Source: Paludibacter sp.
Lineage (GTDB): Bacteria; Bacteroidota; Bacteroidia; Bacteroidales; Paludibacteraceae
DNA: 64,000 nt
Assembly: GCA_034928085.1 (NCBI GenBank)
Contig: JAYFPG010000022.1
Span: 51,456 to 115,455 of the forward strand
Reading direction: 5' to 3'
How positions within the stretch are numbered: position 1 is the first letter of the stretch; every line of letters begins with the position of its first letter. The notes below the pieces were generated by a model. That model saw nothing but the letters and a program-made list of their open reading frames with translations, ran no database searches and was not told the DNA's origin. Below, one piece after another: positions 1-9,738 of this stretch. Made by a program: the position numbers and the translations under genes.

Positions 1-709
1 TTTTCAATTCATCATCGGAATATTGCCAGTATCTTGACCACCAATAGCCAAATGCGAATTTTGGAGGCATCGGGATTTTTCCGGCTATGTGCGTGAAATC
101 GAATAAAGCCTGTTTATAATCATGTCCATAACCGAAAAAGTACCAGTCGTATACATCCTTCCTCGTGTTTTCTTTTACCCAATGAGTCCATTGAGTGTCG
201 TCTACTAAGACCGGTGACTTTGAGTCGTCAACTAAAGCCCACCCATTTCGGGATATAATGCCTTCCTCGAGTTTATCCTCGTGCCATCCCTCAAGGCGAT
301 CGAGTGTTCGCATGGTTCCTTTCAGATTTTCTTCATCCAGCATTCCCGGTTTCCATATTTTCATTTTACCTTCTAACATAAAGCTTACAGACAGATTGTT
401 CGAATTGAATTTTTCGCCTTTTAGATAGGTTAATGTCAATTTCTCAGTTTGGATGATTAATTTCTTTTTCGAGTCAATCGCTCTGAATTTCGGTGTTTCC
501 AGATTTCTGTTGATGAATGCAAGCGTTGCTTCGTTCATAAAACTGCCATCAGCAGACCACTCCATTCTTATCAAAGAGGGAGTGAGAATCGTAAACCGGT
601 AGTTTTGACCGACAATTTGAGAGGCAGGATGTGCTGTGATAGAATTACCAGCCAATACTAAAACCGGACAAAAGCAAATGTATAAGATGAAAGAAAAAAT
701 GAATTTCAT
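1..709 (-). CDS. Glycoside hydrolase family 31 (alpha-glucosidase/xylosidase-like), 5' part only; runs off the window start; absent from the ORF track
   Basis: Manual translation from ATG at 709: MKFIFSFILYICFCPVLVLAGN (signal peptide)...YRFTILTPSLIRMEWSADGSF...WYFFGYGHDYKQALFDFTHIAGKIPMPPKFAFGYWWSRYWQYSDDELK. The P.PP..A.GYW.SR segment is the start of the GH31 barrel; the frame is open to the window edge. Confidence 0.85.
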   Translation of the reverse strand, partial: MKFIFSFILYICFCPVLVLAGNSITAHPASQIVGQNYRFTILTPSLIRMEWSADGSFMNEATLAFINRNLETPKFRAIDSKKKLIIQTEKLTLTYLKGEKFNSNNLSVSFMLEGKMKIWKPGMLDEENLKGTMRTLDRLEGWHEDKLEEGIISRNGWALVDDSKSPVLVDDTQWTHWVKENTRKDVYDWYFFGYGHDYKQALFDFTHIAGKIPMPPKFAFGYWWSRYWQYSDDELK

Positions 710-756
710 ATTGAAAAGGAAATCGAATATACAATTAGTAAATTTGATTCTTGAAA

Positions 757-2130
757 TTAGTTAACAACAAAGCTGAAGTTATTTGATGCGTTTTTTTGTT
801 TGAGAGACAGTATGTAGTTACCTTTTATAAGGTTGTTTTGTTCTATCAGATATTCAATGGTGTTGGGAACCGTTATTCCTGAATAAACAACTTTTCCAGA
901 TGAGTCAAAAATCTCAATAAGCTCATCATGCCTGAAACCCTGCTGATTTTTTACAACAAAAGAACCATTATTTGGATTAGGAAATAACTGAATGTTCGAT
1001 GCAGATACATTGTTTTTCACAGCAGAGGATTGTTCTGAAAGGATATGATTAATTTTGTCAGTGTAAACCGCTGCAAATTTATACATGCCTTTGTCGTTGG
1101 GATGGATATAATCAGCAATGTCTTCTGCAAAATTGAAATTAATTTCTTCTTTCGATAAATAATAGAGGTTTTTATATCCTTTGTCGATAAAATACTGATA
1201 CACTTTTCTGAGTTCGCTGTTGTCAAGTATAACCAGATCTTTTCTTGCTTTCCACATCTCCATATCGGCGTATCCAACATGTTCAGTGAGTAAAATTGCC
1301 GCATTAGGGTGGTATTTGGTAAGCGTGTCAACTGCACTTTTATATCTTGATTCAATATATTGAGGCATCGAACTGGTTGAATAATTAGGCAGACAATCAA
1401 TAATGAATATTTCTGCATCAATTCGGTTTATTACATCAATTACCTCTGGTTCAACTTTCCCTGCGCCACTGAAGCCAAGGTTGATTATCGGGCGATCAGA
1501 AAAGGTGCGTCCTATAATGCCGGTTATAGCATTCCCGGGACGAGAACAAGCCGCGCCATGTATTATCGAGGTACCATACATTACAATTGGTTTGATATTC
1601 TGAGGTACTTCAACAAATTCAAAATTTGCCCCGCTATTCACAGTTATTGATAAGGACGAGGTGATGGCAAATGTAGGAAAATACAACACGTATTCATATC
1701 CATTTGAATTGTAATATGAGTCATCTGGATTTAATTGACTATATGTAAAATAACTACCAACAATTCTAGTGTTGGGGTAACACCACTGCCATCCTTCTCC
1801 AGGTTTAAATGCATACATGTCAACACCATTTGCTCCAACAGCACTAAACCAGTTGTTACTTGTGTATTGGGAACTTAAATTATAATTAACCGTAATTGAA
1901 GTTGCATTCGATTTGAATCTAACATGTAATCCGCTTGAGCGAACCGCTTGATTCCAGGCATCACCGGGGATTTTATTTTGTGCATCTGCCGGAAATCTGT
2001 TGAAACTATTTTGTCCGTAACCATTTCCCCATACTACCTGTTTGCTCTGCTGTATCGGGTTGAAGGTGGTTTGTGAGTATATCAATTGTGATAATATAAT
2101 AATGAGATTTGTCAATAATATATTTTTCAT
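757..2130 (-). CDS. Secreted SGNH/GDSL esterase (GxDLY-type N-domain) with T9SS C-terminal sorting domain
   Basis: Signal peptide; GVDMY; YGTSIIHG (nucleophile block); INLGFSGAG; DYIHPN (DxxH); C-terminal LFPNP...EIFDSSGK...KGNYILSL...FSFVVN typical of a type-A CTD. Confidence 0.85.
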   Translation of the reverse strand: MKNILLTNLIIILSQLIYSQTTFNPIQQSKQVVWGNGYGQNSFNRFPADAQNKIPGDAWNQAVRSSGLHVRFKSNATSITVNYNLSSQYTSNNWFSAVGANGVDMYAFKPGEGWQWCYPNTRIVGSYFTYSQLNPDDSYYNSNGYEYVLYFPTFAITSSLSITVNSGANFEFVEVPQNIKPIVMYGTSIIHGAACSRPGNAITGIIGRTFSDRPIINLGFSGAGKVEPEVIDVINRIDAEIFIIDCLPNYSTSSMPQYIESRYKSAVDTLTKYHPNAAILLTEHVGYADMEMWKARKDLVILDNSELRKVYQYFIDKGYKNLYYLSKEEINFNFAEDIADYIHPNDKGMYKFAAVYTDKINHILSEQSSAVKNNVSASNIQLFPNPNNGSFVVKNQQGFRHDELIEIFDSSGKVVYSGITVPNTIEYLIEQNNLIKGNYILSLKQKNASNNFSFVVN

Positions 2131-2189
2131 GTATATATTTTTTTAACTAATGATTAAAAATAATTTAATAAGGGGTGTTTGGTGATTGC

Positions 2190-3131
2190 TTAATTTTGTT
2201 TTGCAATACACTTTTTTTTATGATTTGAGATATTCGATTTACTTTTCCAGTTCTTACTTTTCAGATAATCAATCAGAAGCTGAGGTCGATCAGTCTGAAT
2301 AACCCTGACTCCAAGCGTTTCTATCAAGAATCCATAAGCTTTATCCGGATCTTCAAGTGCCATGTCATCATCGTGACCTCCAACCATGGTATCCCACAAG
2401 GTATTATACCAGATCAGGCTTTTACCAACCAAAAGACTCTTCACTTCAACCGGCACAGGTGAGGTGTCTTTCGAAAAAATCAGTTCAAACATCTTTGGCT
2501 TGAGCGTGATATAAAAAGTGTTGATTTGTTCAATGGCATTTTTATTATCCAAATGAACGATAGGCATATAAATTACATCATCCAAAAACTCGCCGTATGT
2601 ACGGGCAACCTCTTCAGCCGGCTTTCCTCCTTTCATGATTATTTGATTCATTGTTCCTGTTTTCTTTAACAGAGCATATACTTCATCAAAAAACTTGTCA
2701 GCTCCATCCAGGTTGATCATTATTTTTCCTTTCGAGAAAAGTAAAGCTTCTTCCAGGGTGGGAATCAAATGTTTAGTCCTGATTCCACACCCATTTCTCA
2801 ATTTTAATGTTCTGATAGAATCCAGTGTCCAGTCTTCAACATTTCCTTTTCCGGTAGTAGTTCTGTTTAATGTTTGATCGTGCATAAGAATTAAATGTCC
2901 GTCTTTAGTTCTTTTAATATCTATTTCCACGATGTCTACTCCTCCCATTTTGATGCAACTTTCAATCGCGGCAATTGAGTTTTCAGGATAGTTTCTCCAG
3001 TCGCCCCTATGTGCCACTACCAATACCTCATCCAGGTATGGATTGTTAATTTTTGCAATGATCGAATCAACGCGGTTTTGTGCATTTAAGGACATAAATC
3101 CGCACAAGAATAATATAAATAATGCTCTCAT
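2190..3131 (-). CDS. Glycerophosphodiester phosphodiesterase (GDPD/GlpQ family), exported
   Basis: Signal peptide; VAHRG, VEIDI, LMHD, INLD and IQTDRP motifs. Confidence 0.92.
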   Translation of the reverse strand: MRALFILFLCGFMSLNAQNRVDSIIAKINNPYLDEVLVVAHRGDWRNYPENSIAAIESCIKMGGVDIVEIDIKRTKDGHLILMHDQTLNRTTTGKGNVEDWTLDSIRTLKLRNGCGIRTKHLIPTLEEALLFSKGKIMINLDGADKFFDEVYALLKKTGTMNQIIMKGGKPAEEVARTYGEFLDDVIYMPIVHLDNKNAIEQINTFYITLKPKMFELIFSKDTSPVPVEVKSLLVGKSLIWYNTLWDTMVGGHDDDMALEDPDKAYGFLIETLGVRVIQTDRPQLLIDYLKSKNWKSKSNISNHKKKCIAKQN

Positions 3132-3164
3132 GATAAATAGTAATTGAATGTGATATTATGAAGT

Positions 3165-5384
3165 TTATTTTACGTATTCAAATGAACCTGAACATCTTAT
3201 GTCGTCAGAAGCAGCTCCTGCAAATACCTTGAAATTTCCGTCCTCAACCTCCCATTGTTGACTTTTTTCGTTGTAGAATTGCAACGCTGTTTTATCTATA
3301 CTGAATGTTACGCTTTGTTCTTCTCCGGGATTCAAGTAGACCTTTTTAAACGATTTTAGTTCTTTTACGGGTCTGACAACAGTCGATTTCTCGTCGTTTA
3401 TGTATAGCTGAACGATTTCGGATCCAGCCCGGGTTCCGGTGTTTTTAATCTTCAGTGATATTTCAATGCTGTCGTTGTTCTGAATTTGTTTCCTGTTGAG
3501 GGCTAACTTGCTATACTCAAAAGAGGTATAGCTTAGTCCGTGACCAAATGCGAACAGGGGTTTTAATTTTTTATATTCAACCCAACGGTATCCTACGAAA
3601 ATATCTTCTTTATAATTTACCTCTTCTTTGGTTCCCGGGAATTCCCCCAGACAGTGTGCGCTGTTATCCTCCAAACGAACCGGGATTGTAAAGGGTAATT
3701 TCCCCGAGGGGTTAACATCACCAAAAAGAACCGAAGCCAAGGCGTTACCTGCCTCAGAGCCAGCATACCATCCATAAACGACAGCAGGTGCTTTGCTGAC
3801 CCAGGGCATCGTTACAGCGTTCCCACAGATTAGGATCACAACAGTATTGGGATTTACTCTTACCAATGCCTCAATAAGTTCGTTTTGACTATAAGGCAGA
3901 TCCATTGATTCGCGATCCTCACCTTCGGCATCTTGTTTTTTGTTTTTATTCAATCCACCAACGAAAATTACATAATCAGCTTGTTGGGCAACTTCAACAG
4001 CTTCTTTTAGGAGCTCATCCGCGGTTTTTCCTGTGGTGTTAATATTGATTTTACCCATGGGGTCATCTTTTCGTTCACCATAACTCTCATATCCCCGGGC
4101 ATATTGAATTTGGATGCTATCGCCAACACGTTTAAGTATGCCTTCTAAAGGAGTAACCTCATATTTAGCTTTCAAGGAAGAACTGCCACCTCCAATAGTC
4201 ATTTTTCTTGTTGCATTTTCTCCGATGACAACGATTTTATTGATTTTCTTTGTTTCAATTGGTAAGATTTGCCTCTCATTCTTTAACAAAACAATACCTT
4301 CCTGAGCAACTTTCTTTGCAACCATGGCATGCTCATTGGTTCCAAAAGTTCCAAAATAACGCTCTGAAGCCATATTTGTCCTGAAAATAAGTCGCAAAAT
4401 CCTTCTTACTTTATCATCGAGTTCTTTGGTTTCTATTTCACCATTTTGAATAAGTCTTAAATAAGGCTGTGCTAAGAAGTAGTTTTGATAGGCATTACTT
4501 GCACCCATTGTCAATCCATCTGTCCAGGTGCCAAATTCCATGTCAAGTCCGTTGCTGATGGCTAATTTTGTATCATAAACACCTCCCCAGTCAGAAACAA
4601 CGACCCCATCGAACTTCCAGTCTCGTTTAAGGATATCGTTTAATAAATATTGGTTATGACAACATTGCTCACCTTTATATTTGTTATATGCGCCCATAAT
4701 TGCCCATGCTCCTGCTACTTCCACAGCCGTTTTAAAAGCAGGTAGATATATTTCATGTAATGCCCTGTCGCTTACTTTCACATTTACCGAATGTCTGTAA
4801 GTTTCCTGATTATTAACAGCAAAATGTTTTACACAGGCTGCAACACCATTTTTTTGAACAGATTTGATATAAGGCACGACCATTTTTGAAGCCAGATATG
4901 GGTCTTCTCCCATGTATTCGAAATTCCTTCCATTGAGTGGAGACCTGTAGATATTAACACCAGGACCTAACAATACATTTTTATTGCGATACCTGGCTTC
5001 TTCGCCAATTGCATTTCCATAAATAGCCGACATTTCTGTATTCCAAGAGGCGGCCAGGCAAGTAAGCGCGGGGAAAGCAATACAGGAGTCATTTGTCCAA
5101 CCTGCTTGTTTCCATTCATCCCACAATACTTCTGCCCGAATACCATGAGGTCCGTCCGTCATCCAGTTTTCCGGAATACCCAACCGTGGTACACCTGCTG
5201 AACTGAATTTTGATTGCGCATGACAGATGGCAACTTTTTCTTCTAAGGTCATTCTCGATAAAGCATCTTCTATGCGCTCTTCAATATTTCTGTTTAAGTC
5301 GAGGTAAATTGGTTTTTGGGCAATTAAAACGATTGATATTATAGATAAAATGGTTATAAAAAAAAACTTTCTATATAGATTCAT
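3165..5384 (-). CDS. Glycoside hydrolase family 3 beta-glucosidase with C-terminal Fn3-like domain
   Basis: TDGPHG, GRNFEY.GEDP, KHF and VVSDW motifs. Start moved to MNLYRK (ATG at 5384), which gives a signal peptide; the ORF-track extension is Cys-rich and implausible. Confidence 0.93.
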   Translation of the reverse strand: MNLYRKFFFITILSIISIVLIAQKPIYLDLNRNIEERIEDALSRMTLEEKVAICHAQSKFSSAGVPRLGIPENWMTDGPHGIRAEVLWDEWKQAGWTNDSCIAFPALTCLAASWNTEMSAIYGNAIGEEARYRNKNVLLGPGVNIYRSPLNGRNFEYMGEDPYLASKMVVPYIKSVQKNGVAACVKHFAVNNQETYRHSVNVKVSDRALHEIYLPAFKTAVEVAGAWAIMGAYNKYKGEQCCHNQYLLNDILKRDWKFDGVVVSDWGGVYDTKLAISNGLDMEFGTWTDGLTMGASNAYQNYFLAQPYLRLIQNGEIETKELDDKVRRILRLIFRTNMASERYFGTFGTNEHAMVAKKVAQEGIVLLKNERQILPIETKKINKIVVIGENATRKMTIGGGSSSLKAKYEVTPLEGILKRVGDSIQIQYARGYESYGERKDDPMGKININTTGKTADELLKEAVEVAQQADYVIFVGGLNKNKKQDAEGEDRESMDLPYSQNELIEALVRVNPNTVVILICGNAVTMPWVSKAPAVVYGWYAGSEAGNALASVLFGDVNPSGKLPFTIPVRLEDNSAHCLGEFPGTKEEVNYKEDIFVGYRWVEYKKLKPLFAFGHGLSYTSFEYSKLALNRKQIQNNDSIEISLKIKNTGTRAGSEIVQLYINDEKSTVVRPVKELKSFKKVYLNPGEEQSVTFSIDKTALQFYNEKSQQWEVEDGNFKVFAGAASDDIRCSGSFEYVK

Positions 5385-5480
5385 TTTTATTTTTATAAAA
5401 AGATTAAATAAATTTCTTGTACAACAATGGCATGAGAATCTAATGCTTAATTGTTTCAAAAAGTAAAGCGGGATGTTCAA

Positions 5481-6611
5481 TTATCGATATCCTTTTATTC
5501 GAAGATAACTAATTACATTTTCACAGATGTCGGTTTGAATCATACGAACATCCCCGTTTATCAAGTTATCCATCTGAGAGAAATCTCCGGATATAAATGT
5601 GTTCTCAAAATCACTATCAAGAATGTTGACTGAAACAAGCATACCTCTTTTGGTTGCATCTATCATGCTGTTTTGTCCCACTTGTGAAAAGTCAAACTGT
5701 AAGAAAAATGGTCTGGGATAGTTTAATAATTGTTCGTAATTTGTGAGCGAACCTCCCCATGGGTATGCATGCGCATTCAAAGAAAGCTGAAACAATTCAT
5801 TTACATAGGCAGGTTTATTTCCGGTGTAAAAGAAGCACCTGTCAATCATTCCGCATTCATTCACAATGTTGAAAATACCGGTTGTTGAAGCATCGCGAGG
5901 CGAGTAATCAATGTTATATAAGATTCTTCCTCTTCCAGCTAAGAGTGCCTCCTTTAGTGTTGGCATTACTGCATTTGTCGGATTCCCATTCAGATCCCTG
6001 AGTTTAAATTGTCGAATTTCATTTAGCGTTAAATCTGCAATTTTTCCGGATCCTGTAGTTGTTCTGTTGATGGTGGGGTCATGACAAACCACAATTTGCC
6101 CGTCTTTTGTCACATAAGTATCAATTTCAACAACATCCACACCTGCTTTAAAACAGGCCTGAATTGCCGCAATTGAATTCTCTGGTATTGTTTTGTTTGC
6201 TGTTGTTCCCCTATGGGCCATGACCCATATTTTGTCGTTTTGTTTTAATTCTTTTAGTTTATTCGTCAACCCAAATCCTTCAACTTTCAACGAGCTTTCA
6301 CAGAAAACTTCTTTGCCTGTACTACTGATGAATGATGCCTTGATTATATATGTTCCATCTTTTTCGTAAGATTTGTAGTTTAATGCATCTGAGGATTCTG
6401 TTCCATCACCAAAGTCAAAGTGTAAATCCTTGATTTTTTTTGGCATATTGTGAAGTTTAATCGTAATTACTTCACCTTGTGCCGGAAAACTATTGCTCAA
6501 TGAGATAGAGACTTCACCTAATGTGATGTCATCCTCTTCATTGCAAGCATAAAAAACAAATACGGAAAAGAAGAATATAAAAATTAATGTTATCGATTTC
6601 TTATGAACCAT
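5481..6611 (-). CDS. Lipoprotein with PKD-like domain and GDPD domain
   Basis: Lipobox FYAC followed by acidic NEEDD; FDFGDG (PKD); MAHRG, VEID, CHD and IQTD (GDPD). Confidence 0.88.
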   Translation of the reverse strand: MVHKKSITLIFIFFFSVFVFYACNEEDDITLGEVSISLSNSFPAQGEVITIKLHNMPKKIKDLHFDFGDGTESSDALNYKSYEKDGTYIIKASFISSTGKEVFCESSLKVEGFGLTNKLKELKQNDKIWVMAHRGTTANKTIPENSIAAIQACFKAGVDVVEIDTYVTKDGQIVVCHDPTINRTTTGSGKIADLTLNEIRQFKLRDLNGNPTNAVMPTLKEALLAGRGRILYNIDYSPRDASTTGIFNIVNECGMIDRCFFYTGNKPAYVNELFQLSLNAHAYPWGGSLTNYEQLLNYPRPFFLQFDFSQVGQNSMIDATKRGMLVSVNILDSDFENTFISGDFSQMDNLINGDVRMIQTDICENVISYLRIKGYR

Positions 6612-6658
6612 ATTGACAAGCTTATTATTATGCAGATTTGAACAGAAGAGTTTAATCC

Positions 6659-6690
6659 CCGGCAGATTTCTTCATACATAAATCTGCCGG
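6659..6690. repeat. Intergenic stem-loop, copy 1 of the GGCAGATTT/AAATCTGCC family
   Basis: ccggcagattt-N10-aaatctgccgg, perfect 11-bp stem, no U-tract on the minus strand. Confidence 0.7.
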
Positions 6691-6701
6691 AGATGAGAGA
6701 A

Positions 6702-8276
6702 TTATTGTTTAATAATTCTTTTTGCAATATTATTAACTAAAACAACATATAACCCTTTGGGAAAATTTGTAACGTCAATACTTTCAATATTTTCAGCACA
6801 ATTAATTTGTTTGTATGTTTTTCCATTGATGTCGAATAACGATATCTTTGCTCCTTCTGCTCCCAGTACATTGAAATTGTTTGTTACAATGGTAGGATAC
6901 ACAACAAATGCTTCCATCTGTTTAGTTTCATTTGTTGTCGTTACACCTGTGTATTGGAATGCACCAACAGAAACGGGTTCAATAGTCGGACGAGCAGTTC
7001 CTCTACCATCTAATGCTAAGTCGGAAGTAGTGAAAATATTGTTAATTACACTATCAGTATAATTTTGAATCTTTGTCAGTGTTGAACCTGTTATGTTCTC
7101 TTTTAAAGCGATGGTTTGGGGGTAACCTGTATTGTTTGCTAAAACATTACTTCCAAAAACAGCACTATATTGTTTATTTAATGAATCAGTTGATTGAGAG
7201 ATTAAAGTGCCGGTACCGCCAACTTTACCGAACACGTTGTTGCCATTAGAGGTAAAGTTATATGCAGTGCCATTAATGAAAATGCTTGGGTTTGTCTCAT
7301 CACTATTTGTAATGATACTATTGTATGCGAAAACTTTGTTGGTAGATTCCATCCGGATATCAAGTCCAACCGTTAGATTTTTTGTACAGGTATTATTTGC
7401 AACGGTTGATGAAATTAAATATAACCATCCTGCTCCGTTCAAACCTCCACCTCCGGTTCCAACAGAATTGTTTGCAATTGTTGTGTTTATACAGAAAGTT
7501 TTACATTCCGCAGCACCGAACATGATGGCTCCTGACCAGTCACCGGTATTGATATTGCCTGATAACTGGCAGCGTTCAAGAACTAACCTGTCAGTATGAT
7601 CATATACCCGGATTGCGGCACCTCTGTTAGCAACGACATTATCTGTGAAAACAGTTGCATAACAGTAGACAATTGCTTTGTTTGTGAACAAACCTGCTCC
7701 TCCGGCGTTGATATGGTAAGTTATATCAGATTTGTTGTTTGTAATAACACAGTATAATATGTCACATTGTGAACCATTCAATACCTGAATTCCGGGTCTC
7801 AAGGTGGCTGTGCTGTTTGCATAGCCGTTTGTAAATGTTATCCCTTTAAGTGTTACTTTCTCCGGAGAGTTAATAGTGACCAATCTCGCATCTCCGGCAT
7901 TGGGTATTCCATCATTGTTCAAGTCTCCGCTGATGATAGTCGGCGTTAACGAAGGATAGCTAATTTCCGGCACGGTAGTTCCGCTCAGTGAAGGGTCAAA
8001 ACCTCCAATAATAGAAATTCCATTGATAATGTTCATAGTGACTGAAGATGACGCTGGTTTGTAGGTCCCACCAGTCATGTAAATTACGTCTCCTTCTTCA
8101 AAATCACTCGCAAGTTTTGTAATTAAATTATCAAACGACAGAGCGTCATCCCACGATAATCCTGTACCTGTACCATCAGTTTTTACAAAATAATTTGTTG
8201 CAGTTACCTGCATACTCAAAATAAAACAAAATGTGAAAATGCAAATTGCAATACTGGTGAAATTTAATTTTTTCAT
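6702..8276 (-). CDS. T9SS-secreted right-handed beta-helix (pectin-lyase-like fold) protein of unknown activity
   Basis: Signal peptide; N/T/I-rich coil repeats (ITNNKS, FTDNVV, LSGNIN, IANNSV; GAG/GAAI/GGG turns); C-terminal VYPT...LFDINGK...KGLYVV...KRIIKQ CTD. Confidence 0.75.
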   Translation of the reverse strand: MKKLNFTSIAICIFTFCFILSMQVTATNYFVKTDGTGTGLSWDDALSFDNLITKLASDFEEGDVIYMTGGTYKPASSSVTMNIINGISIIGGFDPSLSGTTVPEISYPSLTPTIISGDLNNDGIPNAGDARLVTINSPEKVTLKGITFTNGYANSTATLRPGIQVLNGSQCDILYCVITNNKSDITYHINAGGAGLFTNKAIVYCYATVFTDNVVANRGAAIRVYDHTDRLVLERCQLSGNINTGDWSGAIMFGAAECKTFCINTTIANNSVGTGGGGLNGAGWLYLISSTVANNTCTKNLTVGLDIRMESTNKVFAYNSIITNSDETNPSIFINGTAYNFTSNGNNVFGKVGGTGTLISQSTDSLNKQYSAVFGSNVLANNTGYPQTIALKENITGSTLTKIQNYTDSVINNIFTTSDLALDGRGTARPTIEPVSVGAFQYTGVTTTNETKQMEAFVVYPTIVTNNFNVLGAEGAKISLFDINGKTYKQINCAENIESIDVTNFPKGLYVVLVNNIAKRIIKQ

Positions 8277-8310
8277 AAGATTTTAATTTATAATTATTTT
8301 TTAATATTAG

Positions 8311-9717
8311 TTATTTAAATTCAAATGCTCCTATTGATGAAGGGTCAGCGCGTGTTTCTCCTCTTTGATCAACAGCAATATCGCCATAAGGAAACTGTGA
8401 CATCGCGAATGATAATAAAGTTGCAAGCGGAGCTCCCTGAAAGTTTTGTTTGAGAGCAATCGAGAATGGATATCCGTTATTGGCTTCTAAGGTGTTGATT
8501 CCAAATATATCATCCAGATATTTACCATAAATATCAGAAGTATGTGTTGTATATGATCCTGTTCCTCCATGATTGCCGATAATATTATATCCTCTGGAGA
8601 TTATACTTTTTGTAGCACCATTAATACAAATACTTGGATTGGTATTGTTTGTTTTTTCCGGATTTCCGGTAACAATTGAATTTATTATTACGAACTTGTT
8701 GGTCGATTCACAACGGATATCATGTCCCTGAGTACCATCATTACATGTGTTATTTACTACAGTTGAATTTATAAGATAAACATCAAACCCACTATTGATC
8801 CCAGCACCGCCGAGATTGGCCTTATTGTTGGTGATAGTTGTGTTTATACAATAGATTGGACAATTGCTGCCTGAAACCTGTATAGCTCCACCATAAGCCC
8901 CAGTTAGTACATTATCTTTGATTAAACAGGAATTTAAAATAAGCGTTGAACTACCACTGTTTGATTCAGCAAGACGTATTGCCCCACCTCTGTTATCGGA
9001 TCTGTTGTCCGATATTTCAGTCTTAAAACAATTAACAGTTCCGTTTTTAATGTAAATTGCAGCTCCTCCGGCATTGGCTGATGCAGTAATGGCCGATTTG
9101 TTGTTTGTGATTTTACAATACTCCAACTCTAAACGGGCACCATTATTAATTTGGATGCACGGTCTGTTTTCACCTTCATTTACAAACCCATTTGTAAGGG
9201 TTATCCCATTCAATTTAATGGTGCCGATGGTCGTGATTTCCATAATCCTGCAATCGCCAGCATCAGGAGTATTATTGTTGTTTAAATCGGCGCTGAATAT
9301 GGTTTCAAAAGCTGATGGGTATTGAATTTCAATGTTGTTTCCGGAGCTGTTTGGGTCAAATCCACCCACAATGTTCAACGCTTTTGATATCATCATGACG
9401 TCTGTTGCCTGTTTACCTGTATAATAAACACCACCAGCAATATAGATATTATCATCCGTTTCAAATCCATCATTGAGCCTACTGATAAAATCATCTGGAG
9501 ACATCGCATCATCCCATGAAGTTCCATCTCCGGTGCCATTGGTTTTGACAAAATAACCGTCTACTTCTGTTGAATCTTCATTGTTATTATTAGAAGGAGG
9601 ATCAATCATTGAAAATTGTTCCTGACATGAAAGAAATGGAAGAATTATTAACAGTAATAACGTATGCTTAAAGTTGAAATGTGTTTTTTCTATTTTTATA
9701 GTTGCTTTCATAGACAT
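8311..9717 (-). CDS. Lipoprotein beta-helix protein, paralogue of 6702-8276 without CTD
   Basis: Lipobox FLSC; shares YFVKT.GTG.G.SWDDA, GGFDP, DLNN...P.AGD.R, RG.AIR and DIR.ESTNK with the neighbouring gene. Confidence 0.75.
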   Translation of the reverse strand: MSMKATIKIEKTHFNFKHTLLLLIILPFLSCQEQFSMIDPPSNNNNEDSTEVDGYFVKTNGTGDGTSWDDAMSPDDFISRLNDGFETDDNIYIAGGVYYTGKQATDVMMISKALNIVGGFDPNSSGNNIEIQYPSAFETIFSADLNNNNTPDAGDCRIMEITTIGTIKLNGITLTNGFVNEGENRPCIQINNGARLELEYCKITNNKSAITASANAGGAAIYIKNGTVNCFKTEISDNRSDNRGGAIRLAESNSGSSTLILNSCLIKDNVLTGAYGGAIQVSGSNCPIYCINTTITNNKANLGGAGINSGFDVYLINSTVVNNTCNDGTQGHDIRCESTNKFVIINSIVTGNPEKTNNTNPSICINGATKSIISRGYNIIGNHGGTGSYTTHTSDIYGKYLDDIFGINTLEANNGYPFSIALKQNFQGAPLATLLSFAMSQFPYGDIAVDQRGETRADPSSIGAFEFK

Positions 9718-9738
9718 TTTTCTTTTAATCGTGTTGTT

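Noticed and set aside
195-428. Plus-strand 77-aa ORF
   Set aside because: Antisense shadow of the GH31 gene (1-709).
1017-1421. 134-aa alternative-frame ORF inside the SGNH gene
   Set aside because: Fully nested in a well-supported CDS; no motifs.
5385-5480. ORF-track N-terminal extensions (also 15893-15979, 19614-19658, 37124-37159, 56834-56887, 59924-59974)
   Set aside because: Downstream ATGs give proper signal peptides or domain starts; two extensions (56834-56887, 59924-59974) contain TAnnTTTG promoter elements.
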